Source of the DNA: a virus
DNA length: 64,000 nt
IMG/VR virus record: IMGVR_UViG_3300035162_004754
Location: 11,040 to 75,039 of that record
Strand: one strand, 5' to 3'
Below are positions 10,510 through 19,370 of the stretch, piece after piece (position 1 is the stretch's first letter; every line of letters starts with the position of its first letter). The notes under the pieces were generated by a model. The model saw only the letters and a program-made list of their open reading frames with translations. It made no database searches and was not told the DNA's origin. A program made the translations under genes and the position numbers.

Positions 10510-11358
10510 ATGAAAATCGCAATCTTAGGATCTGCTGGACAGATCGGTGCTTATCTAGAAGATTACTTAAAAGAGAAAGGTCATGATGTAATTGGTGTTG
10601 ATATAGTTGAAGGTCCGCAGAATGATCTTCGTGTAACACCAAACACTTATGTTGAAGGCATTATAAAGAATGCTGACTTTGTTTTCTTCTTGGCATTTGA
10701 TGTTGGTGGATCACATTACCTGAAGAAGTATCAACATACTTTTCAGTTCATTAACAACAATACTCGTATGATGGCAAATACTTTTGCCTTACTTGAGAAG
10801 TATCGGAAGAGATTTATATTTGCATCTTCACAGATGAGTAACATGTCTTACTCTCCATATGGTGTGATGAAGAGAGTTGGTGAACTTCATACCACTGCAC
10901 TCAAAGGACTTACAGTGAAGTTCTGGAATGTCTATGGTATTGAAAAAGATATGGAGAAGGCTCATGTCATCACTGATTTCATTCGTAGAGGATTTGAGGA
11001 GGGTGAATTTGAGATGATGACTGATGGCACTGAAGAACGTCAGTTCCTCTATGCTGAGGACTGTTGTGAGGCACTAGAGACTGTGATGGAAAACTTTACC
11101 GACTTCAAACCAGAAGATCCTCTCCATATTACGTCTTTTAGTTCTACTTCGATTAAAGATGTCGCTTCTATTATTCAGGGACAATTTAATTTGATTGGTA
11201 AAACAGTTAATATTAAACCTGGTCTTGCAAAAGATAGTGTTCAGATGGATAAGAGAAACGAAGCAGACACTTACATTATGGGATGGTGGATACCTAAAAC
11301 TACTATAGATAGAGGGATTGCAAAAGTTTTTGAGGATATGAAAGGTGATTGGATTTAA
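10510..11358 (+). CDS. NAD-dependent nucleotide-sugar epimerase/dehydratase
   Basis: GSAGQIG Rossmann motif, YGVMK (YxxxK), NVYG, RQFLYAED. Confidence 0.9.
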   Translation: MKIAILGSAGQIGAYLEDYLKEKGHDVIGVDIVEGPQNDLRVTPNTYVEGIIKNADFVFFLAFDVGGSHYLKKYQHTFQFINNNTRMMANTFALLEKYRKRFIFASSQMSNMSYSPYGVMKRVGELHTTALKGLTVKFWNVYGIEKDMEKAHVITDFIRRGFEEGEFEMMTDGTEERQFLYAEDCCEALETVMENFTDFKPEDPLHITSFSSTSIKDVASIIQGQFNLIGKTVNIKPGLAKDSVQMDKRNEADTYIMGWWIPKTTIDRGIAKVFEDMKGDWI

Positions 11359-12196
11359 TCATATTGGAACGATTGGAAGATTTGGCAATCAAATGTTTCA
11401 GTATGCAGCACTCAAAGGTATTGCCGCAAATCGAAAGTTTGAATATACAATTCCTCCAGAGAACTCACAAGTTCAAATTGATAATTATGGATTGCTAGAA
11501 GCATTTGAACTTACAGACAATAAAAATATTGGATGGATTGAAACTGAAAATATAATTCAGGAAAAGCATTTCCATTTTGATGAGGATATATTTAATAAGT
11601 GTCCTGACAAAGTAAGTGTTTATGGATTTTTTCAGACGGAAAAATATTTCAAACATATTGAAGATGAAGTTCGTAAAGATTTTACTTTCAAAAGTAATTG
11701 GTTAGATCCTTGTAAAGAGTTTCGTAGTCAGATGGGAGAAGAAGTTATCTTCCTTCATGTTCGTCGTGGTGATCCTGGACTTGCCGATAAGAGAGGATTT
11801 AAATGGGCATACGTAAACCTTGCACATCAACATCCTGTGCAACCTCTTGAGTATTATGAAAAAGCACTTGCAGAGTTTGATGAAAGTCTTCCTGTAGTTG
11901 TATTTTCTGATTCGATTGAGTGGTGTAAGGAGCAAGAGTTCTTTCAGAATGATCGATTTATGTTCTCTGAACCAGAAGATACTCATTCAGACGGTGCATT
12001 AGTTCCTTATCTTGACATGTGCTTGATGTCTTTGTGTGATCATGCTATTATTGCTAATAGTTCTATGAGTTGGTGGGGTGCATGGTTGATTCAAAATCCA
12101 AACAAAAAAGTAATTGCTCCAAGCATGTGGTTTGGTTCTGATTATGCTGATAAAGATACAAAAGATTTATATTGCGAGAATTGGAAAGTAATTTAA
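11345..12196 (+). CDS. GT11 alpha-1,2-fucosyltransferase
   Basis: GRFGNQMFQYA, GFFQTEKYF, HVRRGD, IIANSSMSWWGAWL. Confidence 0.93.
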   Translation: MIGFNHIGTIGRFGNQMFQYAALKGIAANRKFEYTIPPENSQVQIDNYGLLEAFELTDNKNIGWIETENIIQEKHFHFDEDIFNKCPDKVSVYGFFQTEKYFKHIEDEVRKDFTFKSNWLDPCKEFRSQMGEEVIFLHVRRGDPGLADKRGFKWAYVNLAHQHPVQPLEYYEKALAEFDESLPVVVFSDSIEWCKEQEFFQNDRFMFSEPEDTHSDGALVPYLDMCLMSLCDHAIIANSSMSWWGAWLIQNPNKKVIAPSMWFGSDYADKDTKDLYCENWKVI

Positions 12197-12990
12197 TGGA
12201 TAAAAATAAGGCACTTTATAAACTCAAAAAACTTCCTCCCATATATTATCTAAATCTGGATGAGCAACCAGAAAGAAAAGAATATATGGAAGAGCAATTT
12301 AAGTATTGGGAGATTGAGAATTATACTCGTATCTCTGCATACGACGGTAGAGATGGTAGAGACCTTGGAGATATTCTTAAAGGAAGATATCCAGATAATA
12401 TGTCCTCTGGTGAGGTTGGATGCACCACGTCTCATTTAAAAGCAATGGTGGAGTTTCTCAAGACAGATGCTCCATGTGCCTTAGTAATGGAAGATGATTG
12501 CGATATTTCTACTGCTGCTCATTGGCCTTTTGAATGGAAAAATTTTTATGCAAAAATTCCTTATGATTATGATGTAGTCCAACTTGCTGTCATTAATCCT
12601 GCATCAGTTCATTTGAGAATACATAAGAGATTTGTGAATGATTTCTCAACTGCATGTTATTTGATTACACGTCGTCATGCACAAAAACTAATTGACCTTC
12701 ATGTGAGAGGAGATAAGTATAAGATTGATAATGGAGTCAAACCAAGAGCAGTTGCCGATGATTTGATTTATAATTCTGGAAATACTTTTGCTATTCCTTT
12801 GTTCTTATATAAACTTGAACTCGGTTCTTCGATTCATAAAGAACATATCGATGTTTTTCATAAGTCAAGTTATGAAGGTCTTTGGAATTTTTGGAAGACA
12901 CAGGCAAATCAAATAGAAGATTGGAACTCTATATTTGACTACGACCCATACTTTAATCGGTTGCCACCAGAACAAAAAAGTGACGAATAA
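12196..12990 (+). CDS. GT25 glycosyltransferase
   Basis: YLNLD..ERK, GEVGCTTSH, VMEDD, ACYLI; ATG 12196 overlaps upstream stop. Confidence 0.88.
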   Translation: MDKNKALYKLKKLPPIYYLNLDEQPERKEYMEEQFKYWEIENYTRISAYDGRDGRDLGDILKGRYPDNMSSGEVGCTTSHLKAMVEFLKTDAPCALVMEDDCDISTAAHWPFEWKNFYAKIPYDYDVVQLAVINPASVHLRIHKRFVNDFSTACYLITRRHAQKLIDLHVRGDKYKIDNGVKPRAVADDLIYNSGNTFAIPLFLYKLELGSSIHKEHIDVFHKSSYEGLWNFWKTQANQIEDWNSIFDYDPYFNRLPPEQKSDE

Positions 12991-13058
12991 TACAGAGAGG
13001 GGCTTGACTCCTCTTTATTTTTGCTATATAATATGTAAAGATTCATTACAAAAAGTAA

Positions 13059-13277
13059 ATGACTGTAACAACCAATGATCGTGGGCAGCAAAATCTATTT
13101 GCTAAAGAACCCAGAATGTATGTTTCTCAAATCGATGCAGAACGATATGGTTATGAGACATATGCAGAGAAAGCAGAGAAACTCAATGGTCGCACGGCAA
13201 TGATTGGATTTGCCGCAGCACTGATTTCTTATGCTACGACTGGTAGTGTTTTCTTTTTCGGACTTTTCGGTTTCTGA
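13059..13277 (+). CDS. hli: High-light inducible protein
   Basis: AEKLNGRTAMIGF chlorophyll-binding motif. Confidence 0.93.
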   Translation: MTVTTNDRGQQNLFAKEPRMYVSQIDAERYGYETYAEKAEKLNGRTAMIGFAAALISYATTGSVFFFGLFGF

Positions 13278-13281
13278 GCAC

Positions 13282-13310
13282 TTGACAATGTATCAAATCT
13301 TGTTTACAAT
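13282..13310 (+). promoter_or_regulatory. Sigma70-type promoter upstream of petF
   Basis: TTGACA-17-TACAAT. Confidence 0.55.
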
Positions 13311-13374
13311 GACTAGCATTGCCTTCTTTGTATTGCTGGCATATTCCGTAGAACAATTATCTGAAACTTACTAA
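13288..13374 (+). CDS. Small hydrophobic peptide (28 aa, [28 protein letters not shown])
   Basis: Read manually; TAA overlaps the petF ATG; alternative start at 13309. Confidence 0.4.
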   Translation: MYQILFTMTSIAFFVLLAYSVEQLSETY

Positions 13375-13667
13375 TGGACTTTAACGTTACCTTCCGTACT
13401 CCTGATGGTGCCGAAACAACTATCACCTGTCAGGATGATCAATATCTTCTTGATGCTGCCGAGGAAGGTGGTATTGATATGAACTACTCTTGCCGTGCAG
13501 GAGCCTGTTCATCTTGTGCAGGTAAGATTGTATCGGGTACAGTAGATCAAACTGATCAATCATTCTTGGATGACGATCAAATGGAAGAAGGATTTGTGCT
13601 TACTTGTGTTGCATATCCAACTTCTGATGTTATAATTGAAACTGAACAAGAAGAGAACCTCTACTGA
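13374..13667 (+). CDS. petF: Plant-type [2Fe-2S] ferredoxin
   Basis: [13 protein letters not shown]...VLTCVAYP. Confidence 0.97.
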   Translation: MDFNVTFRTPDGAETTITCQDDQYLLDAAEEGGIDMNYSCRAGACSSCAGKIVSGTVDQTDQSFLDDDQMEEGFVLTCVAYPTSDVIIETEQEENLY

Positions 13668-13996
13668 TGCACGGAAGTCTTGAACCAGATGAAAGGGTAC
13701 TTGAACCCGAATCATATAATGTTGAAATGCTGAAAGGCATTTATGAAACAATTGAAAAATTGGGTTGGGAAGAAACTGATAATGTTGTAGTTGAAGTTGG
13801 AGGTACTGTTGTCTCTGGTATTCATCAAGGTGAGAATTACAATAAAAAATGGGCTACACAATATGGTACTCGCAAGTACAATAAAGATGCTTTTATTGTG
13901 ATTAAAAATCTTTCTCGCACACCATTTGAGTCTTCTGAACCTATGGATAGAGATCATAAACCTCAACATCCATATGAACCAGTAACGAATGTTTAA
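13667..13996 (+). CDS. Conserved cyanophage hypothetical protein
   Basis: Translationally coupled to petF. Confidence 0.7.
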   Translation: MHGSLEPDERVLEPESYNVEMLKGIYETIEKLGWEETDNVVVEVGGTVVSGIHQGENYNKKWATQYGTRKYNKDAFIVIKNLSRTPFESSEPMDRDHKPQHPYEPVTNV

Positions 13997-14138
13997 TCCA
14001 AATCAACTCTATGACGATATGGAGAGACTAAATGCCCTATACGAAGAACTCTGCTGGGCACATGGTGATGAATTAGTATTCACTCATGAAAATAATAGAG
14101 TCATTATTTACAACAAAACACAGGAGCAAGAACAATGA
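13989..14138 (+). CDS. Small hypothetical protein (49 aa, MFNPNQLYDDMERLNALYEELCW...)
   Basis: Read manually; overlaps both neighbours in operon style. Confidence 0.6.
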   Translation: MFNPNQLYDDMERLNALYEELCWAHGDELVFTHENNRVIIYNKTQEQEQ

Positions 14139-14242
14139 ACGAAAGAGCAGAACGTATTAATGGATGGGCAGCAATGATTGGTGTCATTGCCGCTATGGGT
14201 AGTTATGCCCTTACCGGCGATTTAATTCCTGGAGTATGGTGA
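14135..14242 (+). CDS. hli: High-light inducible protein (35 aa)
   Basis: Read manually: MNERAERINGWAAMIGVIAAMGSYALTGDLIPGVW; SD AGGAG upstream. Confidence 0.92.
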   Translation: MNERAERINGWAAMIGVIAAMGSYALTGDLIPGVW

Positions 14243-14243
14243 G

Positions 14244-14366
14244 ATGATGTTATTAGCAACCTTTTTGTTGGGTGCTTTTATAATTAACGACATATTTAAT
14301 GAAGATATTGATGACGATGACCATTTTGATGGTGGTATGTTGATACCGGCACAAAACCCAATCTAA
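14244..14366 (+). CDS. Small membrane peptide with acidic DDDD..GG tail (40 aa)
   Basis: Read manually: MMLLATFLLGAFIINDIFNEDIDDDDHFDGGMLIPAQNPI. Confidence 0.55.
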   Translation: MMLLATFLLGAFIINDIFNEDIDDDDHFDGGMLIPAQNPI

Positions 14367-14374
14367 AATAGACA

Positions 14375-14413
14375 AAAAAGACTTTACTCTATATACTGAG
14401 TAGAGTCTTTTTT
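14375..14413 (+). terminator. Rho-independent terminator
   Basis: AAAAAGACTTTACTC-loop-GAGTAGAGTCTTTTTT. Confidence 0.7.
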
Positions 14414-14418
14414 ATTAT

Positions 14419-14580
14419 ATGCCAAAGAATCAATTGAATAAGGATGAACTTATATGTCATGTTCTTAAACTTAAGCATGAAGTTGATACAGAATCGAAAT
14501 CAGTTTGGCAGAAAGAAAAAGACCTAGCACACAAGTATCTAAATCGAGTACTGGATCGGATTCAAGAGTATCGATACTAG
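14419..14580 (+). CDS. Small hypothetical protein (53 aa, MPKNQLNKDEL...)
   Basis: Read manually, ATG to TAG. Confidence 0.6.
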   Translation: MPKNQLNKDELICHVLKLKHEVDTESKSVWQKEKDLAHKYLNRVLDRIQEYRY

Positions 14581-14589
14581 ACACGGGGC

Positions 14590-14623
14590 TTGACAGGGGA
14601 GGAAAACCGTAGTATACTAAATA
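14590..14623 (+). promoter_or_regulatory. psbA promoter: sigma70 type overlapping a T4-like late motif
   Basis: TTGACA-17-TATACT followed by CTAAATA. Confidence 0.75.
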
Positions 14624-14671
14624 AGTCAGTAAGTCAAGAAACGAACACATTTCTTAACTGTTCTTAACACC

Positions 14672-14770
14672 CCGCAAACCAAGACCTCTAGGGTGTCTAA
14701 ACACGTCTTTCATATCCCAGACTTAGGGTGTCTGGGAAATAGTAACTCCACCATTCCCTGATGGTCTTAC
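14672..14770 (+). ncRNA. Structured psbA 5' leader, PhotoRC-II-like motif
   Basis: Three hairpins (AAGAC/GTCTT, TCCCAGAC/GTCTGGGA, ACCAT/ATGGT); two contain TAGGGTG and the third loop has complementary CCCT. Confidence 0.65.
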
Positions 14771-14786
14771 TTTTTCGTACAAAACA

Positions 14787-16075
14787 ATGGCTACAACTCT
14801 TTCAAGACAACAAACCTCTCCGTGGAATGATTTCTGCGAGTGGGTAACATCAACTAACAATCGTTTGTATGTTGGTTGGTTCGGTGTATTGATGATCCCA
14901 ACACTGTTAGCAGCAACTGTCTGCTTCATTGTCGCATTCATCGCAGCACCACCCGTCGATATTGACGGTATCCGTGAACCCGTAGCAGGTTCACTCATGT
15001 ATGGCAACAACATCATTTCTGGTGCAGTTGTCCCAAGTTCAAATGCAATCGGTCTCCACTTCTACCCCATTTGGGAAGCAGCATCTTTGGATGAGTGGCT
15101 TTACAATGGTGGTCCTTTCCAACTGGTAGTCTTCCACTTCCTTATCGGCATCTATGCTTATATGGGACGTGAGTGGGAACTTTCTTACCGTTTAGGTATG
15201 CGTCCATGGATCTGTGTTGCCTACTCGGCACCAGTCGCTGCTGCGAGTGCAGTATTCCTCGTCTATCCTTTCGGTCAAGGTTCTTTCTCTGATGCGATGC
15301 CTCTTGGTATTTCTGGTACTTTTAACTACATGCTTGTATTCCAGGCAGAACACAATATCCTTATGCACCCGTTCCACATGCTCGGTGTTGCTGGGGTATT
15401 CGGTGGATCTCTGTTCTCTGCTATGCATGGAAGTCTGGTTACATCTTCACTCGTCCGTGAGACGACTGAAACTGAGTCCCAGAACTATGGTTATAAGTTC
15501 GGTCAAGAAGAAGAGACCTATAACATCGTCGCAGCCCATGGTTACTTCGGTCGTTTGATCTTCCAATATGCTTCATTCAACAACTCACGTTCCTTGCACT
15601 TCTTCCTTGCTGCATGGCCCGTTGTTGGCATCTGGTTCACCGCACTTGGTGTTTCTACGATGGCTTTCAATTTAAATGGTTTCAACTTTAATCAGTCCAT
15701 CCTTGATGGTCAGGGTCGTGTGCTCAACACATGGGCAGACGTATTGAACCGTGCCGGTCTTGGAATGGAAGTTATGCATGAGCGTCAAGTTGTGCTTTGC
15801 GCTCTTTAAATCGGATGAATTGCTGGAAACCCCAAGTGGGCAATCAGCAGCCAAGTCCTGGATACATCCAGGAAAGGTTCAGAGACTACCTGAGGAATAC
15901 AGTTTCCTTAATAACAGGTTCAAGCGTCCGACACCAGAAATGGTGATGATATAGTCCAATCCTGATAGCAATATCAGATAGTTAGGGAAAGTTTAAGAAT
16001 GCACACAACTTCCCTCTTGACCTGGCATCAGCAGAATCTACTCCTGTAGCACTTACTGCTCCTTCCATCGGTTGA
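14787..16075 (+). CDS. psbA: Photosystem II D1 protein, spliced: join(14787..15785,15998..16075), 358 aa
   Basis: Canonical D1 up to MEVMHER; exon 2 restores [25 protein letters not shown]. Confidence 0.97.
15786..15997 (+). mobile_element. Group I self-splicing intron (212 nt, no ORF) in psbA
   Basis: Exon ends in U, intron ends in G; P1 GAGCGU/GUGCUU; P AATTGCTGGAAA, Q AATCAGCAGCC, R GTTCAGAGACTAC, S ATGATATAGTCC. Confidence 0.95.
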
Positions 16076-16101
16076 GTTAGTTAGAAAAACTGAATAACAA
16101 G

Positions 16102-16127
16102 AAAGAGACCTTTAGGTCTCTTTTTTT
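16102..16127 (+). terminator. psbA terminator
   Basis: AAAGAGACC-TTTA-GGTCTCTTTTTTT. Confidence 0.8.
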
Positions 16128-16171
16128 ATGCTATAATGTATAAATAGTTATACACGAAAGAAAGCACGAAA

Positions 16172-16600
16172 ATGACTAAATTGTATTCTGACCTTTATAG
16201 AACTTGCATGACTTGTGGGGAAGAAAAAAGTATTCTTGAATTTTATTTTCGTGATAAAAAAACTGGTAGAAGACACTCTGCATGTAAAGAATGTGATAAA
16301 GCAAGAATAAGGGCAAGACATCAAGCAAACCCAGAACGCACAAGAAATAATGATCTGAAAAGAAAATATGGTATAACACTTCAAGAACATACTAAAATGT
16401 TTGAAGAACAAAATGGTGTTTGTGCTATTTGTAAAGGAGAAGGTGATGGTAAATGGAAAAAACTATGTGTTGATCACGATCATAAAACGGGAAAGGTTCG
16501 CAAACTCCTTTGCAGAAACTGTAATGTGGTGTTAGGACAGGTTGGAGACAATACCCACACCCTTCAAAGTATGATTAACTACTTAAGTATAAACTCGTAG
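16172..16600 (+). CDS. Free-standing homing endonuclease, Endonuclease VII family (F-CphI-like)
   Basis: CxxC pairs, YGITL, CAIC, LCVDHDHKTGKVRKLLCRNCN; directly after intron-containing psbA; ATAAATA late motif at 16140. Confidence 0.88.
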   Translation: MTKLYSDLYRTCMTCGEEKSILEFYFRDKKTGRRHSACKECDKARIRARHQANPERTRNNDLKRKYGITLQEHTKMFEEQNGVCAICKGEGDGKWKKLCVDHDHKTGKVRKLLCRNCNVVLGQVGDNTHTLQSMINYLSINS

Positions 16601-16730
16601 GCATAAATTTTTGTTTCCTAATTGTATTGATTTCCACACAAATGCTCTAAATAATGATAGAATTGGGGAGTTGAGAAAAGTGTAACTAAGTCGATTTTTA
16701 TTATGAGCAAACTTATTCGTGGAGGTTATT

Positions 16731-16916
16731 TTGCACAATCTTATATCTTATAATCAATTAGCAGGATGGAAAGAAAGTTTTAAAAGGTTCGGTAAAACCC
16801 TAGACAGAAGTATAGAGGAATCGGATCTAATCAATGATTATTACAATTGTCTAATTGAGTGTGATGATAATCAGTCATCATGCAAACGTATATGTCGGGA
16901 GGTTCTTAGAGAATAA
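16731..16916 (+). CDS. Conserved cyanophage Cys-rich hypothetical protein
   Basis: TTG start after GGAGGT SD; DYYNCLIECDDNQSSCKRIC. Confidence 0.65.
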   Translation: MHNLISYNQLAGWKESFKRFGKTLDRSIEESDLINDYYNCLIECDDNQSSCKRICREVLRE

Positions 16917-17003
16917 TGCATATGGTCTTATCTAAATATTAATACAATAAGGACTCTGGATGAGTCCTTTTTTAATGAATGAACCCAATTTGCATGTAAA
17001 CTG

Positions 17004-17654
17004 ATGAAAATATTTTTAGATACTGCTGATATCGATGAAATCAGTAAGGCAAATACAACAGGAATGATTGAAGGAATCACAACCAATCCTACTTTGATTA
17101 AGAGAAGTGGTCGTGATCCTGTAGAAGTTATCAAAGAGATTTCTTCTATGAGTAATCAATTTGAGTCTGTATCAGCAGAAGTTGTTGCCGATACTGCCGA
17201 AGAAATGATTGATCAGGCAAGTGAATTTGAAGGACTTTGGAATGTTACAATCAAAGTTCCTTGTACTGTAGAAGGACTGAAGGCATGTACTGCACTTGCT
17301 GCCGTTGGAAGAAAGGTTAATGTAACTCTTATCTTCTCTGTGGCACAGGCAATTCTTGCTCGTCGTGCAGGTGCCGCATATGTTTCTCCTTTTGTAGGAA
17401 GACTGAATGATAACTCTGTTTCTGGAGTTGCACTTGTGGATGCAATTGCTAGTGTTTATGATCGTCACTTCAGCACGACTCAAGTTCTTGCCGCATCAGT
17501 TCGTGATGTTCATCAGGTAGGAAGATGTTTTGATGCTGGTGCGAACATTTGCACTATCCCTCCAAAAGTATTCTGGGGAATGTATAATCATGTCCTAACC
17601 GACCAAGGTCTGGAGCAGTTTCAGCAGGACTGGAATTCTGTTAAGGGTCTGTGA
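17004..17654 (+). CDS. talC: Transaldolase (TalC/Fsa family)
   Basis: IFLDTAD, GITTNPTLI, TIKVP, NVTLIFS, YVSPFVGR, LAASVR. Confidence 0.95.
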   Translation: MKIFLDTADIDEISKANTTGMIEGITTNPTLIKRSGRDPVEVIKEISSMSNQFESVSAEVVADTAEEMIDQASEFEGLWNVTIKVPCTVEGLKACTALAAVGRKVNVTLIFSVAQAILARRAGAAYVSPFVGRLNDNSVSGVALVDAIASVYDRHFSTTQVLAASVRDVHQVGRCFDAGANICTIPPKVFWGMYNHVLTDQGLEQFQQDWNSVKGL

Positions 17655-17749
17655 TTAGTTCATCTACACCCGATAAACTGGCAGAGATTATTCGGGACAC
17701 TTGGCCTCAACTCTATCGAAAACATAAAGTAGGTATAACTTCTCATTGA
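17651..17749 (+). CDS. Small hypothetical peptide (32 aa, ...TPDKLAEIIRDTWPQLY...)
   Basis: Read manually; GTG overlaps the talC stop. Confidence 0.45.
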   Translation: MISSSTPDKLAEIIRDTWPQLYRKHKVGITSH

Positions 17750-17779
17750 CTTCTATTGTAAAGAAGTGTAAACTAAATA
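17746..17779 (+). promoter_or_regulatory. psbD promoter with HLR1-like direct repeat and late motif
   Basis: TTGACT-17-TAAACT, CTAAATA; TGTAAA repeated at 10-bp spacing. Confidence 0.55.
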
Positions 17780-17800
17780 CCATAAGTTTATTACGGAGTT

Positions 17801-18862
17801 ATGACTACTTCATCACTTTCACCCCCAATTACACAAAGAGGATGGTTCGATGTCTTGGATGACTGGCTTAAACGGGATCGTTTTGTCTTTGTGGGTTGGT
17901 CTGGACTACTACTTCTTCCCACTGCTTATTTGTCAATTGGTGGCTGGCTTACTGGCACAACTTTCGTTACGTCGTGGTACACCCACGGGTTGGCAACTTC
18001 CTATCTTGAAGGTGCTAATTTCCTTACAGCGGCTGTGTCAACGCCTGCTGATGCTATGGGTCATTCTCTTCTTCTACTTTGGGGTCCTGAGTCTCAAGGG
18101 GACTTTCAGCGGTGGCTCCAACTTGGAGGGCTTTGGTCCTTTGTTGCTCTCCACGGTGCATTTGCCCTTATAGGTTTTATGTTACGTCAGTTTGAACTGG
18201 CACGTCTCATCGGTATCCGTCCCTACAATGCGATTGCTTTTTCCGGTCCTATTGCTGTATTCGTGTCTGTATTCCTCATCTATCCTTTGGGACAGTCATC
18301 TTGGTTCTTTGCGCCGAGTTTCGGTGTTGCGGCGATTTTCAGGTTCCTTCTCTTCCTCCAGGGCTTTCATAACTGGACGCTCAACCCCTTCCATATGATG
18401 GGAGTTGCTGGTATACTGGGAGGAGCACTGCTCAGTGCTATTCATGGAGTAACCGTAGAGAATACATTGTATGAAGATGGAGAGCAAGCAAATACATTTA
18501 AAGCGTTCGATTCCACTCAGGAGGAGGAGACCTATTCGATGGTTACTGCGAACCGTTTTTGGTCGCAAATCTTCGGCATTGCTTTTAGCAATAAGCGTTG
18601 GTTGCACTTCTTTATGTTGTTTGTTCCTGTCATGGGTCTCTGGACATCTTCTATTGGCATCATTGGGCTTGCTCTTAATCTTCGTGCTTATGATTTTGTA
18701 AGTCAAGAGATCAGAGCAGCAGAAGATCCAGAATTTGAGACAATGTACACGAAGAACATATTATTATCGGAGGGCATCCGTGTTTGGTTGTCTCAAGTAG
18801 ACCAGCCACATGAGAATTTCCAATTTCCAGAGGAAATTATGCCGAGGGGTAATGCTCTGTAA
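17801..18862 (+). CDS. psbD: Photosystem II D2 protein
   Basis: [23 protein letters not shown]...PRGNAL. Confidence 0.98.
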   Translation: MTTSSLSPPITQRGWFDVLDDWLKRDRFVFVGWSGLLLLPTAYLSIGGWLTGTTFVTSWYTHGLATSYLEGANFLTAAVSTPADAMGHSLLLLWGPESQGDFQRWLQLGGLWSFVALHGAFALIGFMLRQFELARLIGIRPYNAIAFSGPIAVFVSVFLIYPLGQSSWFFAPSFGVAAIFRFLLFLQGFHNWTLNPFHMMGVAGILGGALLSAIHGVTVENTLYEDGEQANTFKAFDSTQEEETYSMVTANRFWSQIFGIAFSNKRWLHFFMLFVPVMGLWTSSIGIIGLALNLRAYDFVSQEIRAAEDPEFETMYTKNILLSEGIRVWLSQVDQPHENFQFPEEIMPRGNAL

Positions 18863-18915
18863 CCTTTAATAAGGATTCTTGTTATTAAAACTTTCACCCT
18901 AACCTTTAATAAGAC

Positions 18916-19161
18916 ATGATCAAATCACTATTCAGTATTATATTTGCTGCTCTAATGTGGGTTCAAGTCCCACAATGGAGTGATGATTGGTCTAAGTGTG
19001 CTGTTGATGTACCAGACACAGCATGTCATTGGTATATTACCGCACCCGATAACACCATGGGTGAAGGATTTAGTTGGGCAAATGCCCCTTGGTTTAGTGC
19101 TGAAGGTCTCCTTGACATTGGAGAACTTCACAACACAGTTCAATCTTTACAGGAAGCATGA
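18916..19161 (+). CDS. Conserved cyanophage hypothetical protein with N-terminal hydrophobic segment
   Basis: Trp/Cys-rich ORF coupled to next gene. Confidence 0.65.
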   Translation: MIKSLFSIIFAALMWVQVPQWSDDWSKCAVDVPDTACHWYITAPDNTMGEGFSWANAPWFSAEGLLDIGELHNTVQSLQEA

Positions 19162-19370
19162 TGAATCACTATCTCGTATTTGTTTATGGAGTATGTTTCT
19201 CCCTTATTGGAGGTGCTGCATTTGCAATGATGTGGAGTAATATCAAATCTATCAATGATGATATGAGAAAACCTCCTAAACCAAAACATCCAGAAGCACC
19301 ACAGGCAGGAGAAGAAGTTATGTATGTAGATTTGTCCAGAGAAAAACTGGAAGATCTTTACAAGGACTAA
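19158..19370 (+). CDS. Small membrane protein (DUF2973-like)
   Basis: TM helix, AFAMMWSNI, HPE motif. Confidence 0.6.
   Translation: MMNHYLVFVYGVCFSLIGGAAFAMMWSNIKSINDDMRKPPKPKHPEAPQAGEEVMYVDLSREKLEDLYKD

Noticed and set aside
13035-13049. NtcA box upstream of hli
   Set aside because: Spacing is GTA-N9-TAC, not N8
14787-15809. psbA as a truncated 340-aa pseudogene
   Set aside because: The odd QVVLCAL end is read-through into a group I intron; exon 2 restores the C-terminus
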